The notes beneath the pieces were generated by a model that saw only the letters and a list, made by a program, of their open reading frames with translations, had not been told where the DNA came from and searched no databases. From Candidatus Latescibacterota bacterium (GTDB lineage: Bacteria > Latescibacterota > UBA2968 > UBA8231): DNA of 64,000 nucleotides. Positions 22,186-31,114 of this stretch are shown in pieces; the first letter of the stretch is position 1, and the number at the start of each line of letters is the position of its first letter. The translations under genes were made by a program, and so were the position numbers. The stretch lies in contig CBDCSU010000004.1 of NCBI GenBank assembly GCA_965221775.1, positions 416,001 to 480,000 on the forward strand, written 5' to 3'.

Positions 22186-23409
22186 TCAGGCCCGCTTCTT
22201 CCGGTAGACGAAGGTGGGCGGGCCCTTGTGCTGGATGAAGTCGGCGGTGATGATGCACTCCTTGACCTCGTTCCTCGAGGGTAACTCGAACATGATCTCG
22301 TACATCGCCGTCTCCAGGACCGCCCGCAGACCCCTGGCGCCCATGGACTTCTCCTGCGAGAGCTCGACCACCTTGCGCAAGGCCTCGTCCTCGAAACTGA
22401 GACCCAGACCATCCATCTCGAAGAGCTTCTTGTACTGGCGGACGAGGGCGTTCTTCGGCTTCTCGAGGATTTCGAGGAGGGCGTAGTCGCTCAGGGGGTG
22501 AAGGGTGCTGATCACCGGGAGGCGCCCGATCAACTCGGGGATCAGCCCGTACTGGATGAGGTCCTCCGGCTCCACCCGCGACAGCAGTTGGCCAGCGTCG
22601 AGCTCGTCCTTCGCCTCGTGCTGGACGCCGAACCCCATGGCGCGGCTGCCGATTCGGGAGGAGATGATCTTGTCGAGCCCGTCGAAGGCACCGCCGCAGA
22701 TGAACAGGATGTTCCGTGTGTTGATCTGTACGAGGGGCTGTTCCGGATGCTTGCGCCCACCCTTCGGGGGCACTCCCGAAACCGTGCCCTCCAGAATCTT
22801 GAGCAGCTCCTGCTGCACCCCCTCCCCCGACACGTCCCTGGTGATCGACGGGTTGCCCGACTTGCGCGCCACCTTGTCGATCTCGTCGATGAAGAGGATG
22901 CCGCGCTCCGCCTGCGCCACGTCGTAGTCGGCGGACTGGAGGATGCGGACCAGGATGTTCTCCACGTCCTCACCGACGTACCCGGCCTCGGTGAGGACCG
23001 TGGCATCGACGATGGCAAAGGGAACCTGGAGTATCCGGGCAAGAGACTCGGCCAGCAGCGTCTTGCCGGTGCCGGTGGGTCCGATGAGCAGGATGTTGCT
23101 CTTGGACAACTCCACATCGGAGCCGCCCGAGTTCACCCTCTTGTAGTGGTTGTATACGGCCACGGAGAGGGCCTTCTTGGACCGTTCCTGGCCGATGATG
23201 TGTTCGTCCAGCTGGCCCTTGAGTTCCGCGGGCTTCGGCAGAGGATCGCCGTTGAGGCTGGGCTTCTGCTTGTCCTCCTCCTCCAGCACCTCGTTGCACA
23301 ACGAAACGCACTCGTTGCAGATGTGCACGGAGGAAGGGCCGGTGACGATCTTGTCGACCTGCCCCACGCCTTTGCCGCAGAATGCGCAGCTGACGGTCTT
23401 CTTCAGCAC
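22186..23409 (-). CDS. clpX: ATP-dependent Clp protease ATP-binding subunit
   Basis: CAFCGK...ICNECV zinc finger, [27 protein letters not shown] loop. Confidence 0.98.
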   Translation of the reverse strand: MLKKTVSCAFCGKGVGQVDKIVTGPSSVHICNECVSLCNEVLEEEDKQKPSLNGDPLPKPAELKGQLDEHIIGQERSKKALSVAVYNHYKRVNSGGSDVELSKSNILLIGPTGTGKTLLAESLARILQVPFAIVDATVLTEAGYVGEDVENILVRILQSADYDVAQAERGILFIDEIDKVARKSGNPSITRDVSGEGVQQELLKILEGTVSGVPPKGGRKHPEQPLVQINTRNILFICGGAFDGLDKIISSRIGSRAMGFGVQHEAKDELDAGQLLSRVEPEDLIQYGLIPELIGRLPVISTLHPLSDYALLEILEKPKNALVRQYKKLFEMDGLGLSFEDEALRKVVELSQEKSMGARGLRAVLETAMYEIMFELPSRNEVKECIITADFIQHKGPPTFVYRKKRA

Positions 23410-23430
23410 CGCGTCCCCTCCGGGCCGCGC

Positions 23431-24153
23431 TCAGCTCGGAGCCGGGGCCGACTCGTCGTCCTCTCCGTCCTGTGCGGCTCCAGCCTCGGCGGCTTCGGCC
23501 ACGGGCAGGGCGGCGTCCGTCTTCTCTTCCTCGGAAGATTCCGAAGCCACTGCAGACTCCGTCTCGCTCAACTCTCCGGACTCCTCGTCGAGCCCTCCGA
23601 GTTCCTGAGCCTCCGCCTCCTGACCTGCGACGCGCGTGGCGTCCTCGGAAGACTCTCCGGAGCCGGGCTTCATCACGTTGATCGCTTGGAAACCCTTGGC
23701 CGTCTTGGTGACCATGAACTCCACCTCGTCGCCCTGGGTCAGACTGCGGTCCCAGGAGGAAATATCGCGCCAATGCACGAAGACATCGGTGTCGGCCGCC
23801 GTAGAGATGAATCCGTATCCCTTGTCGTTGTTGAACCACTTGACGGCACCTCGGATCCAGGTGTTCTCCTCAAGGCCCTCGCCGCGTCCGCGGGGCGCGG
23901 AAGCCTCGGGCCTTCCGGGCCTTGAGGACGGCGTCTGGGCAGGGGCTGGAGCCGCCTTCCCTCCCTCGACCTCCACGACGCGGTCGAGCATCTGCCGCCG
24001 GACCGATTCGCCACCGCTGCCGTCGAGAAGCCACTCGAGGCTCGTGAACAGACCGATGACATAGGAACTGTCGGCCCCGTACAGGCGGCGGGCCTGGACG
24101 ATCCGATCTGCGATGGATGAGATGTTACCGTGATTGATCTGCAGGGATGCCAA
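23431..24153 (-). CDS. Cold-shock domain protein with N-terminal extension and acidic tail
   Basis: GAVKWFNNDKGYGFI...DVFVH (RNP1/RNP2); TTG start preceded by SD GGAGGAGG. Confidence 0.9.
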   Translation of the reverse strand: MASLQINHGNISSIADRIVQARRLYGADSSYVIGLFTSLEWLLDGSGGESVRRQMLDRVVEVEGGKAAPAPAQTPSSRPGRPEASAPRGRGEGLEENTWIRGAVKWFNNDKGYGFISTAADTDVFVHWRDISSWDRSLTQGDEVEFMVTKTAKGFQAINVMKPGSGESSEDATRVAGQEAEAQELGGLDEESGELSETESAVASESSEEEKTDAALPVAEAAEAGAAQDGEDDESAPAPS

Positions 24154-24252
24154 ACGATCACCCTCCTCCCCTGACCCAAGTCAATCCGGCGGGGCCCGCC
24201 GCCGGCCTGGCACTGGAATCGACCGATATGTGAGCCGGTCATCGAATCACTC

Positions 24253-24282
24253 TAAGTACCCACACGGCTGTTCCATTGTCAA
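24253..24282 (-). promoter_or_regulatory. Putative promoter of the cold-shock gene/clpX
   Basis: Perfect TTGACA (24282-24277) overlapping the upstream stop codon; weak -10 (GTACTT/TACTTA). Confidence 0.45.
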
Positions 24283-25778
24283 CTCTGGGAGACTCTGCTC
24301 CAGGTCGCCCCCCGGACGTCGGGTCGCGGGAGCCCGGAGATCCGGTACCCCCGGACTCCCTCGTGGAACCTCTGGACGCTGACCTTGAGGATTCCGGTGG
24401 CGGGAACGGCGATCAGCATGCCGACCACACCCCCGAACTCGCTGCCCATCATCACCACCGTCAGCACCACCAGGGGATGGAGGGCGACACTGCGGGCGAC
24501 GACGATAGGCTGCACCAGCACGTTGTCGACGATCTGGATGCACAGGAACAGCAGGACCACCTTGGCCACCATCGCGCCGCCGCTCGCCGTGGCCAGAGCC
24601 ACCCCGGTGGCCGAAGCGATGCCGATGACCGGCCCCAGGTAGGGGATCATGTTCGCCAGGCCCGCGGCGATGCCCACGGGAATTGCGTACGGCAGCTCAA
24701 GAAGGATCAAGCCCGTCACCGAGAGGAAGGCGACGACGGAGACGGCGAGAAGCTGTCCGCGTATATACCCGCCGATGGAGTGGTTGATGGAGTGCACGAG
24801 GTTGAGGGTCATCTCGAAGTAGGCGTTGGGGACCATCTCGACCAGGGCACGGGTGATCCGCCGTCCTTCCTTGAGGAAGAAGAAGGCCACGAAGGGAACC
24901 AAGACCAGGAGCATGACGCCCGAGACGAAACCACTGAGCAGCCGGGTCGTCACCGAGCCGCTGAGGAACCTCGTCGTGCGCTCGAAGAGAACGTCGACGA
25001 GTTGGTGGCTGTGGGTCGTGACCCATGTGGTGGCGGCGGCCATCGACTCCTCCCCGAAGCCGAGGTAGCGGCCGAGTCTCCAGGTCTTGGAGGTGATCCG
25101 CCTGACGAGGTGGGGGCCTGCCAGGCCGAAATCGAGACCTCCCGCCGAGAGGGTCCACTCGCCCAGGGGCCTGGCACCTCCGTGGCGTCGCTCCCAGGCG
25201 CCCTTCTGATCTCCCCTCTCCATCAGATTGCCGCGCAGAGGTATCGCATGAGGGGTGCCGGCCAGGCCCTCCAGGACGAGGGCGCCCGCATGTTCGGCAA
25301 CGTCGAGTGGAGCGAATTCAACCCTCAGGGCCGTCTGCTGTCCCGGCTCCAGAAAGAGCTTTCCGTCCGCCGGGTCGAGAAGGACGAAGGGGTTGGTCTC
25401 GCCCTCCGACCGGATGGTGGCCCGCGCGGAGAGGGCCTGGTCCGCCCGTCCCGTTATGGTGATCGTGGACTGGACGCGCTCCGGCCGCAGCAGGTCTTCG
25501 TAGAGATCGATCATCTCCCCGGTCATGCGCTTGCCGAGGGTGACCATCCCGAAGGCCAGCACGGCGAAGGTCGCGAGGAAGATCAGCAGGATGCTGGGCA
25601 CGCGTCTCAGCCCCCGAGCCTCCATACCATCCACCAACGGCGTCAGGACGTAGGCGAGGACGAAGGCGAGCACGAAGGGAGCCAGGATGCCCCGAAGGAG
25701 GTATACCAGCCACAGGGCCAGGAGGGCCGTGAGGATGGCCGCCAGCAGCGCGATCCTCGGACCGGAAAGGGAGCCCAT
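24279..25778 (-). CDS. AI-2E (PerM) family transporter with an inserted Ig-like domain
   Basis: PFVLAFVLAYVLTPLV, FFFLKEG, GGYIRGQ, MIPYLGP, LHPL, GVVGMLIAVP; about 120 extra soluble residues after TM3. Confidence 0.92.
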   Translation of the reverse strand: MGSLSGPRIALLAAILTALLALWLVYLLRGILAPFVLAFVLAYVLTPLVDGMEARGLRRVPSILLIFLATFAVLAFGMVTLGKRMTGEMIDLYEDLLRPERVQSTITITGRADQALSARATIRSEGETNPFVLLDPADGKLFLEPGQQTALRVEFAPLDVAEHAGALVLEGLAGTPHAIPLRGNLMERGDQKGAWERRHGGARPLGEWTLSAGGLDFGLAGPHLVRRITSKTWRLGRYLGFGEESMAAATTWVTTHSHQLVDVLFERTTRFLSGSVTTRLLSGFVSGVMLLVLVPFVAFFFLKEGRRITRALVEMVPNAYFEMTLNLVHSINHSIGGYIRGQLLAVSVVAFLSVTGLILLELPYAIPVGIAAGLANMIPYLGPVIGIASATGVALATASGGAMVAKVVLLFLCIQIVDNVLVQPIVVARSVALHPLVVLTVVMMGSEFGGVVGMLIAVPATGILKVSVQRFHEGVRGYRISGLPRPDVRGATWSRVSQS

Positions 25779-25780
25779 GT

Positions 25781-26368
25781 TCAGCCCTCGGCCGGCGGCT
25801 CCTCGCCGGCCCCGGCTCCGTCCGCCGGCTCGCCGGAATCAGCCTCCGCCTCGAGCCGGCGCACCCTCTGCCGGGCCTCCCGCAGCAAGCGGTTGGTCTG
25901 GCGCAGCCGTACCGCGGCCATGCGCGAGAGCTGCATCACGACCTTTACTCCGATGCGAGGCTGGCTCTTGATCAGCTGGAGCAGCTCGGGACGGTAGAGC
26001 CCCACGACCCTGGTCGACTGCCGGGCCACCGCGGAGGCGGTGCGGGGCGACTCGTCGAGGAGCACCTGGTCTCCGAAGAAGTCCCCCTCACCGAAGGTGG
26101 CGACTTCGACGGCGGCGCCGTCCGCCTCCTCCTGGAGGACCGCCACCTCTCCGGAGAGGATGACATACATCCCGACCCCCGGGTCCCCCGCTCTGACGAT
26201 GGTCTCCTCCGCGGAATAGGTGCGCGGATGGAGGACTTCGCGGACGCGCTCGAACTCCCGGCGGCTCAGATCCTGAAAGACCGGAACCTTGGACAACACT
26301 TCGTAGAGTTCGTCACCGTCGCGGTCCCGGCGGCGGAAGAGGTTACTCCAGAAGGGGTCCGGGGGCAT
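25781..26368 (-). CDS. Stand-alone cyclic nucleotide-binding domain protein
   Basis: LSKVPVFQDL, IVRAGDPG.GMYVILSGEV, GDFFGD..LLDESPRTASA; no HTH. Confidence 0.9.
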   Translation of the reverse strand: MPPDPFWSNLFRRRDRDGDELYEVLSKVPVFQDLSRREFERVREVLHPRTYSAEETIVRAGDPGVGMYVILSGEVAVLQEEADGAAVEVATFGEGDFFGDQVLLDESPRTASAVARQSTRVVGLYRPELLQLIKSQPRIGVKVVMQLSRMAAVRLRQTNRLLREARQRVRRLEAEADSGEPADGAGAGEEPPAEG

Positions 26369-26406
26369 GGGACGGGTCGGCGAAATCGGTTCGTGCCGCG
26401 AGGAGA

Positions 26407-26733
26407 TCAGGCCAGGACGGCGTCCAGCTTCTCGCTGATCTGCACCTTGGGAACGGCGCCGATGACCTGATCGGCGACCTTTCCCTCGCGAAAGATGAGC
26501 AGGGTGGGAATGCTGCGGATTCCGTATTCCTGTGCCGTCCTCTGTGCCGAGTCGACATCGAGCTTGCCGACCTTGGCACGGCCGTCGTATTCGCCCGCCA
26601 GCTCCTCGACAATGGGCGAGACCATCCGGCACGGCCCGCACCAAGTCGCCCAGAAGTCGACGAGCACGGGCCGGTCGGACTCAAGGACTTCGGATGCGAA
26701 GTTGTCGTCGGTCAGGACGATCGGATCGGCCAT
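26407..26733 (-). CDS. trxA: Thioredoxin
   Basis: VLVDFWATWCGPC, IRSIPT; SD GGAGG. Confidence 0.98.
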   Translation of the reverse strand: MADPIVLTDDNFASEVLESDRPVLVDFWATWCGPCRMVSPIVEELAGEYDGRAKVGKLDVDSAQRTAQEYGIRSIPTLLIFREGKVADQVIGAVPKVQISEKLDAVLA

Positions 26734-26777
26734 CGAACCTCCAGTTGGGTAAGTCAGTGTTTATCCGTCACTTACTG

Positions 26778-27863
26778 TCAGTGCCCAATATACTGGGGAG
26801 CGTCTTTCCGTGTCAACCCAGGGGTTGTGCCCGGCCGGGGTGGGACCAGGGCCGCCAGACAGAGGTCCAGCACCGCCCGGGAACGCGTTCTGCCTCCTCC
26901 GCCCTTGAGCAGATCGTCGGTCCGGCGCAGCGCGCTCAGCCCCCGCCAGAGGGCGAGGGACGAGAATCGGCGGGCCTGTTGCCGGTAGGACTCCAGGAAG
27001 AAGGGCGCGACTCCCAAGCTGCGCGCCATCCGATCCTTCGGCAGCCCCTCTTTCTCGAGCTGCTGGGTGCGAAGCAGCAGCTGCAGATGGCGGGCCATGA
27101 GCGGCAGGATGCGGTTCGGCTCCTCGCCCTGCTCCAGCAGCGCATGCAGCAGCCCCGCCGCACCCCGGCGGTCCGCCCGGCCCACGGCATCGGTGAAGTC
27201 GAAGACACTCTCGCCCCGGGTGCCCACAAGGGCTTCCACGTCCTCATCCTTGACGGCCCCGGCCCCGCCGACGAACAGAGATAGCTTGTCGAGCTCATTG
27301 GCCAGCTCCGCCAACTGGGTTCCCACGTACATCCCCAGTCGCTCCACGGCGCCGGCGGAAGGCTGCAGGTTCCGCTCGGCCGCCATCTCCCGGATCACCT
27401 CCGGCAACTGGTTGTCGTAGGGAACCCGGAACTCACAGCCGATCCCCTGTTTCGCCAGTTGCGAAAAAAAGCGGCGGCGCATGTCGACCTTGCCGCCCAC
27501 GGCGAGCAGGACCGAGCTCTCGGAGGGGTCTTCGACGATCGGCTCGAGGGCCTTGCACAACGGTGGAGTCAGGCGCTCGACGTTGCGCAGGGCCACCACC
27601 CGGTGGGTCGCCATCATCGGGTAGGAGTAGTAGACGTCGAGCAGCCTTTGCGGATCGAGAGCGTCGCCATGGAACCGGTCGACGTTGAAGTCGGCCGCCG
27701 CATCGGGACGGAGACGTTCCATGAGCCACTCATACAGGCCATCGCGGCGGTAGGCTTCCTCGCCGTGGAGCAGGTAGAAGGGCGCCCCATCGCCGTTCTC
27801 GACATGGTGGCGCACGGCCTCCGGATTCCATCGAGAGGAGCGAGAACGCCTGGCCGCGCTCAC
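26778..27863 (-). CDS. holA: DNA polymerase III subunit delta
   Basis: YLLHGEE.Y, FNVDRFHG, YPMMATHRVV, NELDKL.LF, SVFDFTDAV. Confidence 0.92.
   Translation of the reverse strand: MSAARRSRSSRWNPEAVRHHVENGDGAPFYLLHGEEAYRRDGLYEWLMERLRPDAAADFNVDRFHGDALDPQRLLDVYYSYPMMATHRVVALRNVERLTPPLCKALEPIVEDPSESSVLLAVGGKVDMRRRFFSQLAKQGIGCEFRVPYDNQLPEVIREMAAERNLQPSAGAVERLGMYVGTQLAELANELDKLSLFVGGAGAVKDEDVEALVGTRGESVFDFTDAVGRADRRGAAGLLHALLEQGEEPNRILPLMARHLQLLLRTQQLEKEGLPKDRMARSLGVAPFFLESYRQQARRFSSLALWRGLSALRRTDDLLKGGGGRTRSRAVLDLCLAALVPPRPGTTPGLTRKDAPQYIGH
26787..26816 (-). promoter_or_regulatory. Putative sigma70 promoter of trxA within the holA 3' end
   Basis: TTGACA (26816-26811), 18 bp, TATATT (26792-26787). 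Confidence 0.65.
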
Positions 27864-28039
27864 CGCCCCTCCTCCTTCGGGGACGGGTCCGCCGCATCCT
27901 CGAACTCGGCCTCCACGACGCGGCGTCGGTCGAGGGTTGCGCGGGCCCTCCGGGCATCGTCGGGCTCCGACCGGCCGATGGACCGGATCAGGCGATAGCC
28001 AAGCCCGCAGAGGAGACCGAAGAGAAGGAGCTTGATCAA
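27860..28039 (-). CDS. Small membrane-anchored hypothetical protein (59 aa)
   Basis: Manual translation MIKLLLFGLLCGLGYRLIRSIG...VVEAEFEDAADPSPKEEGR; stop overlaps the holA GTG; promoter upstream. Confidence 0.7.
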   Translation of the reverse strand: MIKLLLFGLLCGLGYRLIRSIGRSEPDDARRARATLDRRRVVEAEFEDAADPSPKEEGR

Positions 28040-28075
28040 CGTGAGTTCTTGTGAGGGACGAGGGGGCCGGTGGGC

Positions 28076-28104
28076 AAACTACCGGGGTGTGCGGCGGGGG
28101 TCAA
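28076..28104 (-). promoter_or_regulatory. Putative sigma70 promoter of small ORF-holA
   Basis: TTGACC (28104-28099), 17 bp, TAGTTT (28081-28076). Confidence 0.6.
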
Positions 28105-28147
28105 CAAGGGGGAGGGCCGATCCCACGCTTTCCGGAAGACCCGGCGA

Positions 28148-30388
28148 TCAGCGCGACCGGCGCTTCCCGGCCCGGCCCCCGCCCCTTCGAGCCGACCGGA
28201 GTCCCTGGCGCGCCGCCCGGGCGGAGGCGCGGCGATCGCCGCGGCCCCCCGGGCGCGCCTCACGCGTGCGCTTCGACCTCCCGTCCCCACGGACATCGAG
28301 AACCTGGAGGTCCATCCGCCGCGAGGAGGGCTCGACCCGCTCCACCCGTACCCGCACGGACGTGCCGATGCCGAGGACGAGGCCGGTGCGGCGCCCCCGC
28401 AGTCGGTGGCGCAACTCGTCGAACTCGAAGTCGTCGCCGGGGAGCAGGCGCCGGGGGCAGAACCCCTCCACCAGCCACTTGTCCAGCTCGATGAATAGGC
28501 CGGCGCCCACCACCCCCGACACGATCCCGTCCACCTCCTCCCCCAGGCGCCGGGCCATGAACCGCAACTGCTTGATCCGCCTGTAGTCGCGCTCGGCCGC
28601 CTCCGCCCTCCGTTCGCAGTGACTGGTCCACTCGCCGAGCCACTCCAGGTCCTCCGCGTGCGGCGCCTCGGCCTCGAGGAGATGGTCTTTCAGGAGGCGG
28701 TGGACGAGCAGGTCGGGATAACGGCGGATCGGAGAGGTGAAGTGGAGGTAGGGCTCAACGGCGAGCCCGAAGTGGGCGCTGGAGGAGGCGGCGTATCGAG
28801 CCCGCATCATGGAGCGCAGCATCAACTGGCCGAGGAGCCCGGAGTCGCGACGACCCCGCAGGGCCTCCAGGGTGTGCTGCAGTTGAGCACTGCTTACGGA
28901 TCCCGAAGGAGGCAGCCGGCGGCCGAGGGATCCGGCCAGCGTGCGGAAGCGTTCGAGCTTCTCCGGGTCCGGTGGATCGTGGACCCTGTAGAGAACGGGA
29001 AGACCGGCGTCGAGAGCCCTCGAGGCGACGGCCTCGTTGGCGGCCAGCATGCACTCCTCGACGAGCCGGTGGCTGCGCCCTCGAAGACCACGGGCGAGGC
29101 GGACCGGCACGCCGTCGCCGCCGACCTCGACGACCGCTTCGGGGAGGTCGAAGTCGATGGCTCCGCGATCCAGCCGCCGCGCCCGCAGGCGCTCCGCGAG
29201 GTCGCACATCTCCCTCAGGAGATCCCGATGGCCAGCGGCGCAACCGGCTGCGGGGCCGTCCTCGAGGGCGGGCTCGACCTCGGCATAGGTCAACCGTGCT
29301 GCCGACCGGACCACCGACAGATGGAAGCGGCTCTCGAGAACCCTCCCGGCTCCATCGATGTCGAGGAACACGCTGACGGCGAGCCTGTCCTTCCCCGGAG
29401 CCAGGCTGCAGAGGCCGGTGGCCACTCCCGAGGGAAGCATGTGGATGACCCGGTCGAGGAGGTAGACGGAGCTTCCCCGCTCCCGGGCCTGCCCGTCGAT
29501 GGCGCCGCCCCGAGGGACGTAGTGGGCCACGTCTGCGATGTGTACACCGAGACGCTGGCAACCATCGGGAAGGGGCTCGAGGGAGAGGGCGTCGTCATAG
29601 TCCCGCGCCTCCTCCGGGTCCACCGTCAGGACCGTCAGGTCCCGGAGGTCGAGGCGCCGCTCCAGCTCCCGCTCGCGATCCACCCCGGCATCCGCCAACA
29701 GTGCCCCCGCCTCGGCCTCGGCCCGGGGATCCGCCGCGGTCGGGATCCCGTGGGCGGCGGTGGCGGCCTCGAGGTCGTGGCGGGGATCTTCGGGGCTGCC
29801 GATCACACGGTCGAGGCGGCCCCGGACCGGCGGCCCCGCCGCGGCCTCCACCTCCACCACGACGAGATCACCCTCCCCCGGGGGATCGGCCGTGGCTTCG
29901 TCGAGATGGATCAGGGAGTCGGCGGTGGCGACCGCGCCGTGGCGGCCACGGCGGCGGTAGGTCCCCACCCTCGGGTGCGGAGCCGCCGCACGGGTGCCGG
30001 CGATGCGCCCACGGGGCCGCTTGCCCCCCTGGCCTGCCTCGGTGATCTCCACCTCCACCCAGTCCCCATCGACTGCACCGGACAGGGCCTCGGCGGAGAC
30101 GAAGAGATCGGGCTGACCGCTGCGGGACACGAGGCCGAAACCCCGCGCATGGATGGAGAGGCGCCCCCAGGACCTTCGGGTGGAGGCGGCCAGGACATAG
30201 CGCTGCCGACCGGCGCGCCTGACCTCGCCCCTCTCCTCCAGATCCCGCATGACCCCCCGGAAGAACCGGTACTCGTGCCTTCCCACGCCGAGGCGCCGGG
30301 CGAGGTCCTTCAGCTTGGCGGGCCGGTAGTCGTCACCCGAGAGGTGCGAGAGGATCTGTTCACGGAGACGAATCTCGGGGGAGGGCAT
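28148..30388 (-). CDS. rnr: Ribonuclease R
   Basis: N-terminal HTH/CSD (HARGFG), VDPEEARDYDDALS, HFTSPIRRYPDLLVHR, S1 domain and basic tail. Confidence 0.95.
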   Translation of the reverse strand: MPSPEIRLREQILSHLSGDDYRPAKLKDLARRLGVGRHEYRFFRGVMRDLEERGEVRRAGRQRYVLAASTRRSWGRLSIHARGFGLVSRSGQPDLFVSAEALSGAVDGDWVEVEITEAGQGGKRPRGRIAGTRAAAPHPRVGTYRRRGRHGAVATADSLIHLDEATADPPGEGDLVVVEVEAAAGPPVRGRLDRVIGSPEDPRHDLEAATAAHGIPTAADPRAEAEAGALLADAGVDRERELERRLDLRDLTVLTVDPEEARDYDDALSLEPLPDGCQRLGVHIADVAHYVPRGGAIDGQARERGSSVYLLDRVIHMLPSGVATGLCSLAPGKDRLAVSVFLDIDGAGRVLESRFHLSVVRSAARLTYAEVEPALEDGPAAGCAAGHRDLLREMCDLAERLRARRLDRGAIDFDLPEAVVEVGGDGVPVRLARGLRGRSHRLVEECMLAANEAVASRALDAGLPVLYRVHDPPDPEKLERFRTLAGSLGRRLPPSGSVSSAQLQHTLEALRGRRDSGLLGQLMLRSMMRARYAASSSAHFGLAVEPYLHFTSPIRRYPDLLVHRLLKDHLLEAEAPHAEDLEWLGEWTSHCERRAEAAERDYRRIKQLRFMARRLGEEVDGIVSGVVGAGLFIELDKWLVEGFCPRRLLPGDDFEFDELRHRLRGRRTGLVLGIGTSVRVRVERVEPSSRRMDLQVLDVRGDGRSKRTREARPGGRGDRRASARAARQGLRSARRGGGRAGKRRSR

Positions 30389-30473
30389 CACCAGACACGG
30401 CAAAAGAAGAGGGCGCCCCGGACCGGCCGGGTCACCCTCCAAGTGAGCTCGCCGAGGTCGCCGCGACCGGCCT

Positions 30474-30935
30474 TCAGTCCTGGCCGGGCCAGGCCAGGCC
30501 GGTCTCCCCGGGACGGTCTGCCTCCGCCCAGAGCTTGTCCAGGTTGTTCACGTGCACCACGTAGCCCTCCTCGACCAGGTCGATCTGGCGCAGCCCGCTG
30601 ATTGTGAAGGTCGGGAAGTCCGGCTCCACAAGCTTGGTCAGCGAGGATTGGAGATCCCGCTTCAAGGCGTTGTGTCCCGCCTTGATGAACTTGTCCCTCG
30701 TGTGCCCGAAACCTTCCATGTCGGCCAGGTAGGCCTCGATCGTCTCCCGCAGCCCGGCCGCCTTGCTCGGCTGGTCCGACTTCAGATAGAAACGGTACTC
30801 AACGAGCTTCTGGTTGTATTGGTCCATCTGCTTCAGCTGCTCGACGTACGGTCCCAACTCGTCCACTTCCTCGCCGCACCCCGCCACGGCGAAGGCTACC
30901 AGGAACACCCTTGCTGCTGCGCCTGCGCAACTCAT
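30474..30935 (-). CDS. Hypothetical lipoprotein
   Basis: Signal peptide RVFLVAFAVAGC, helical soluble mature region, typical codon usage. Confidence 0.75.
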   Translation of the reverse strand: MSCAGAAARVFLVAFAVAGCGEEVDELGPYVEQLKQMDQYNQKLVEYRFYLKSDQPSKAAGLRETIEAYLADMEGFGHTRDKFIKAGHNALKRDLQSSLTKLVEPDFPTFTISGLRQIDLVEEGYVVHVNNLDKLWAEADRPGETGLAWPGQD

Positions 30936-31114
30936 CTCTCGCCCCCTTCGGGTGGTTGCCTCGCCGGAAGCACCGGCCGACCCAGTCGAAGCCGGAGCCT
31001 CTGGACCTGCCAGGTCCACGGTGGAGAAACAGGACAGTTCCCCTGGACCCGTCAAGGGAGACGGGCTCAGGGGGAGGACCGGCGAGTCCGCATGACGGAC
31101 CGGCCCCCATGTCA

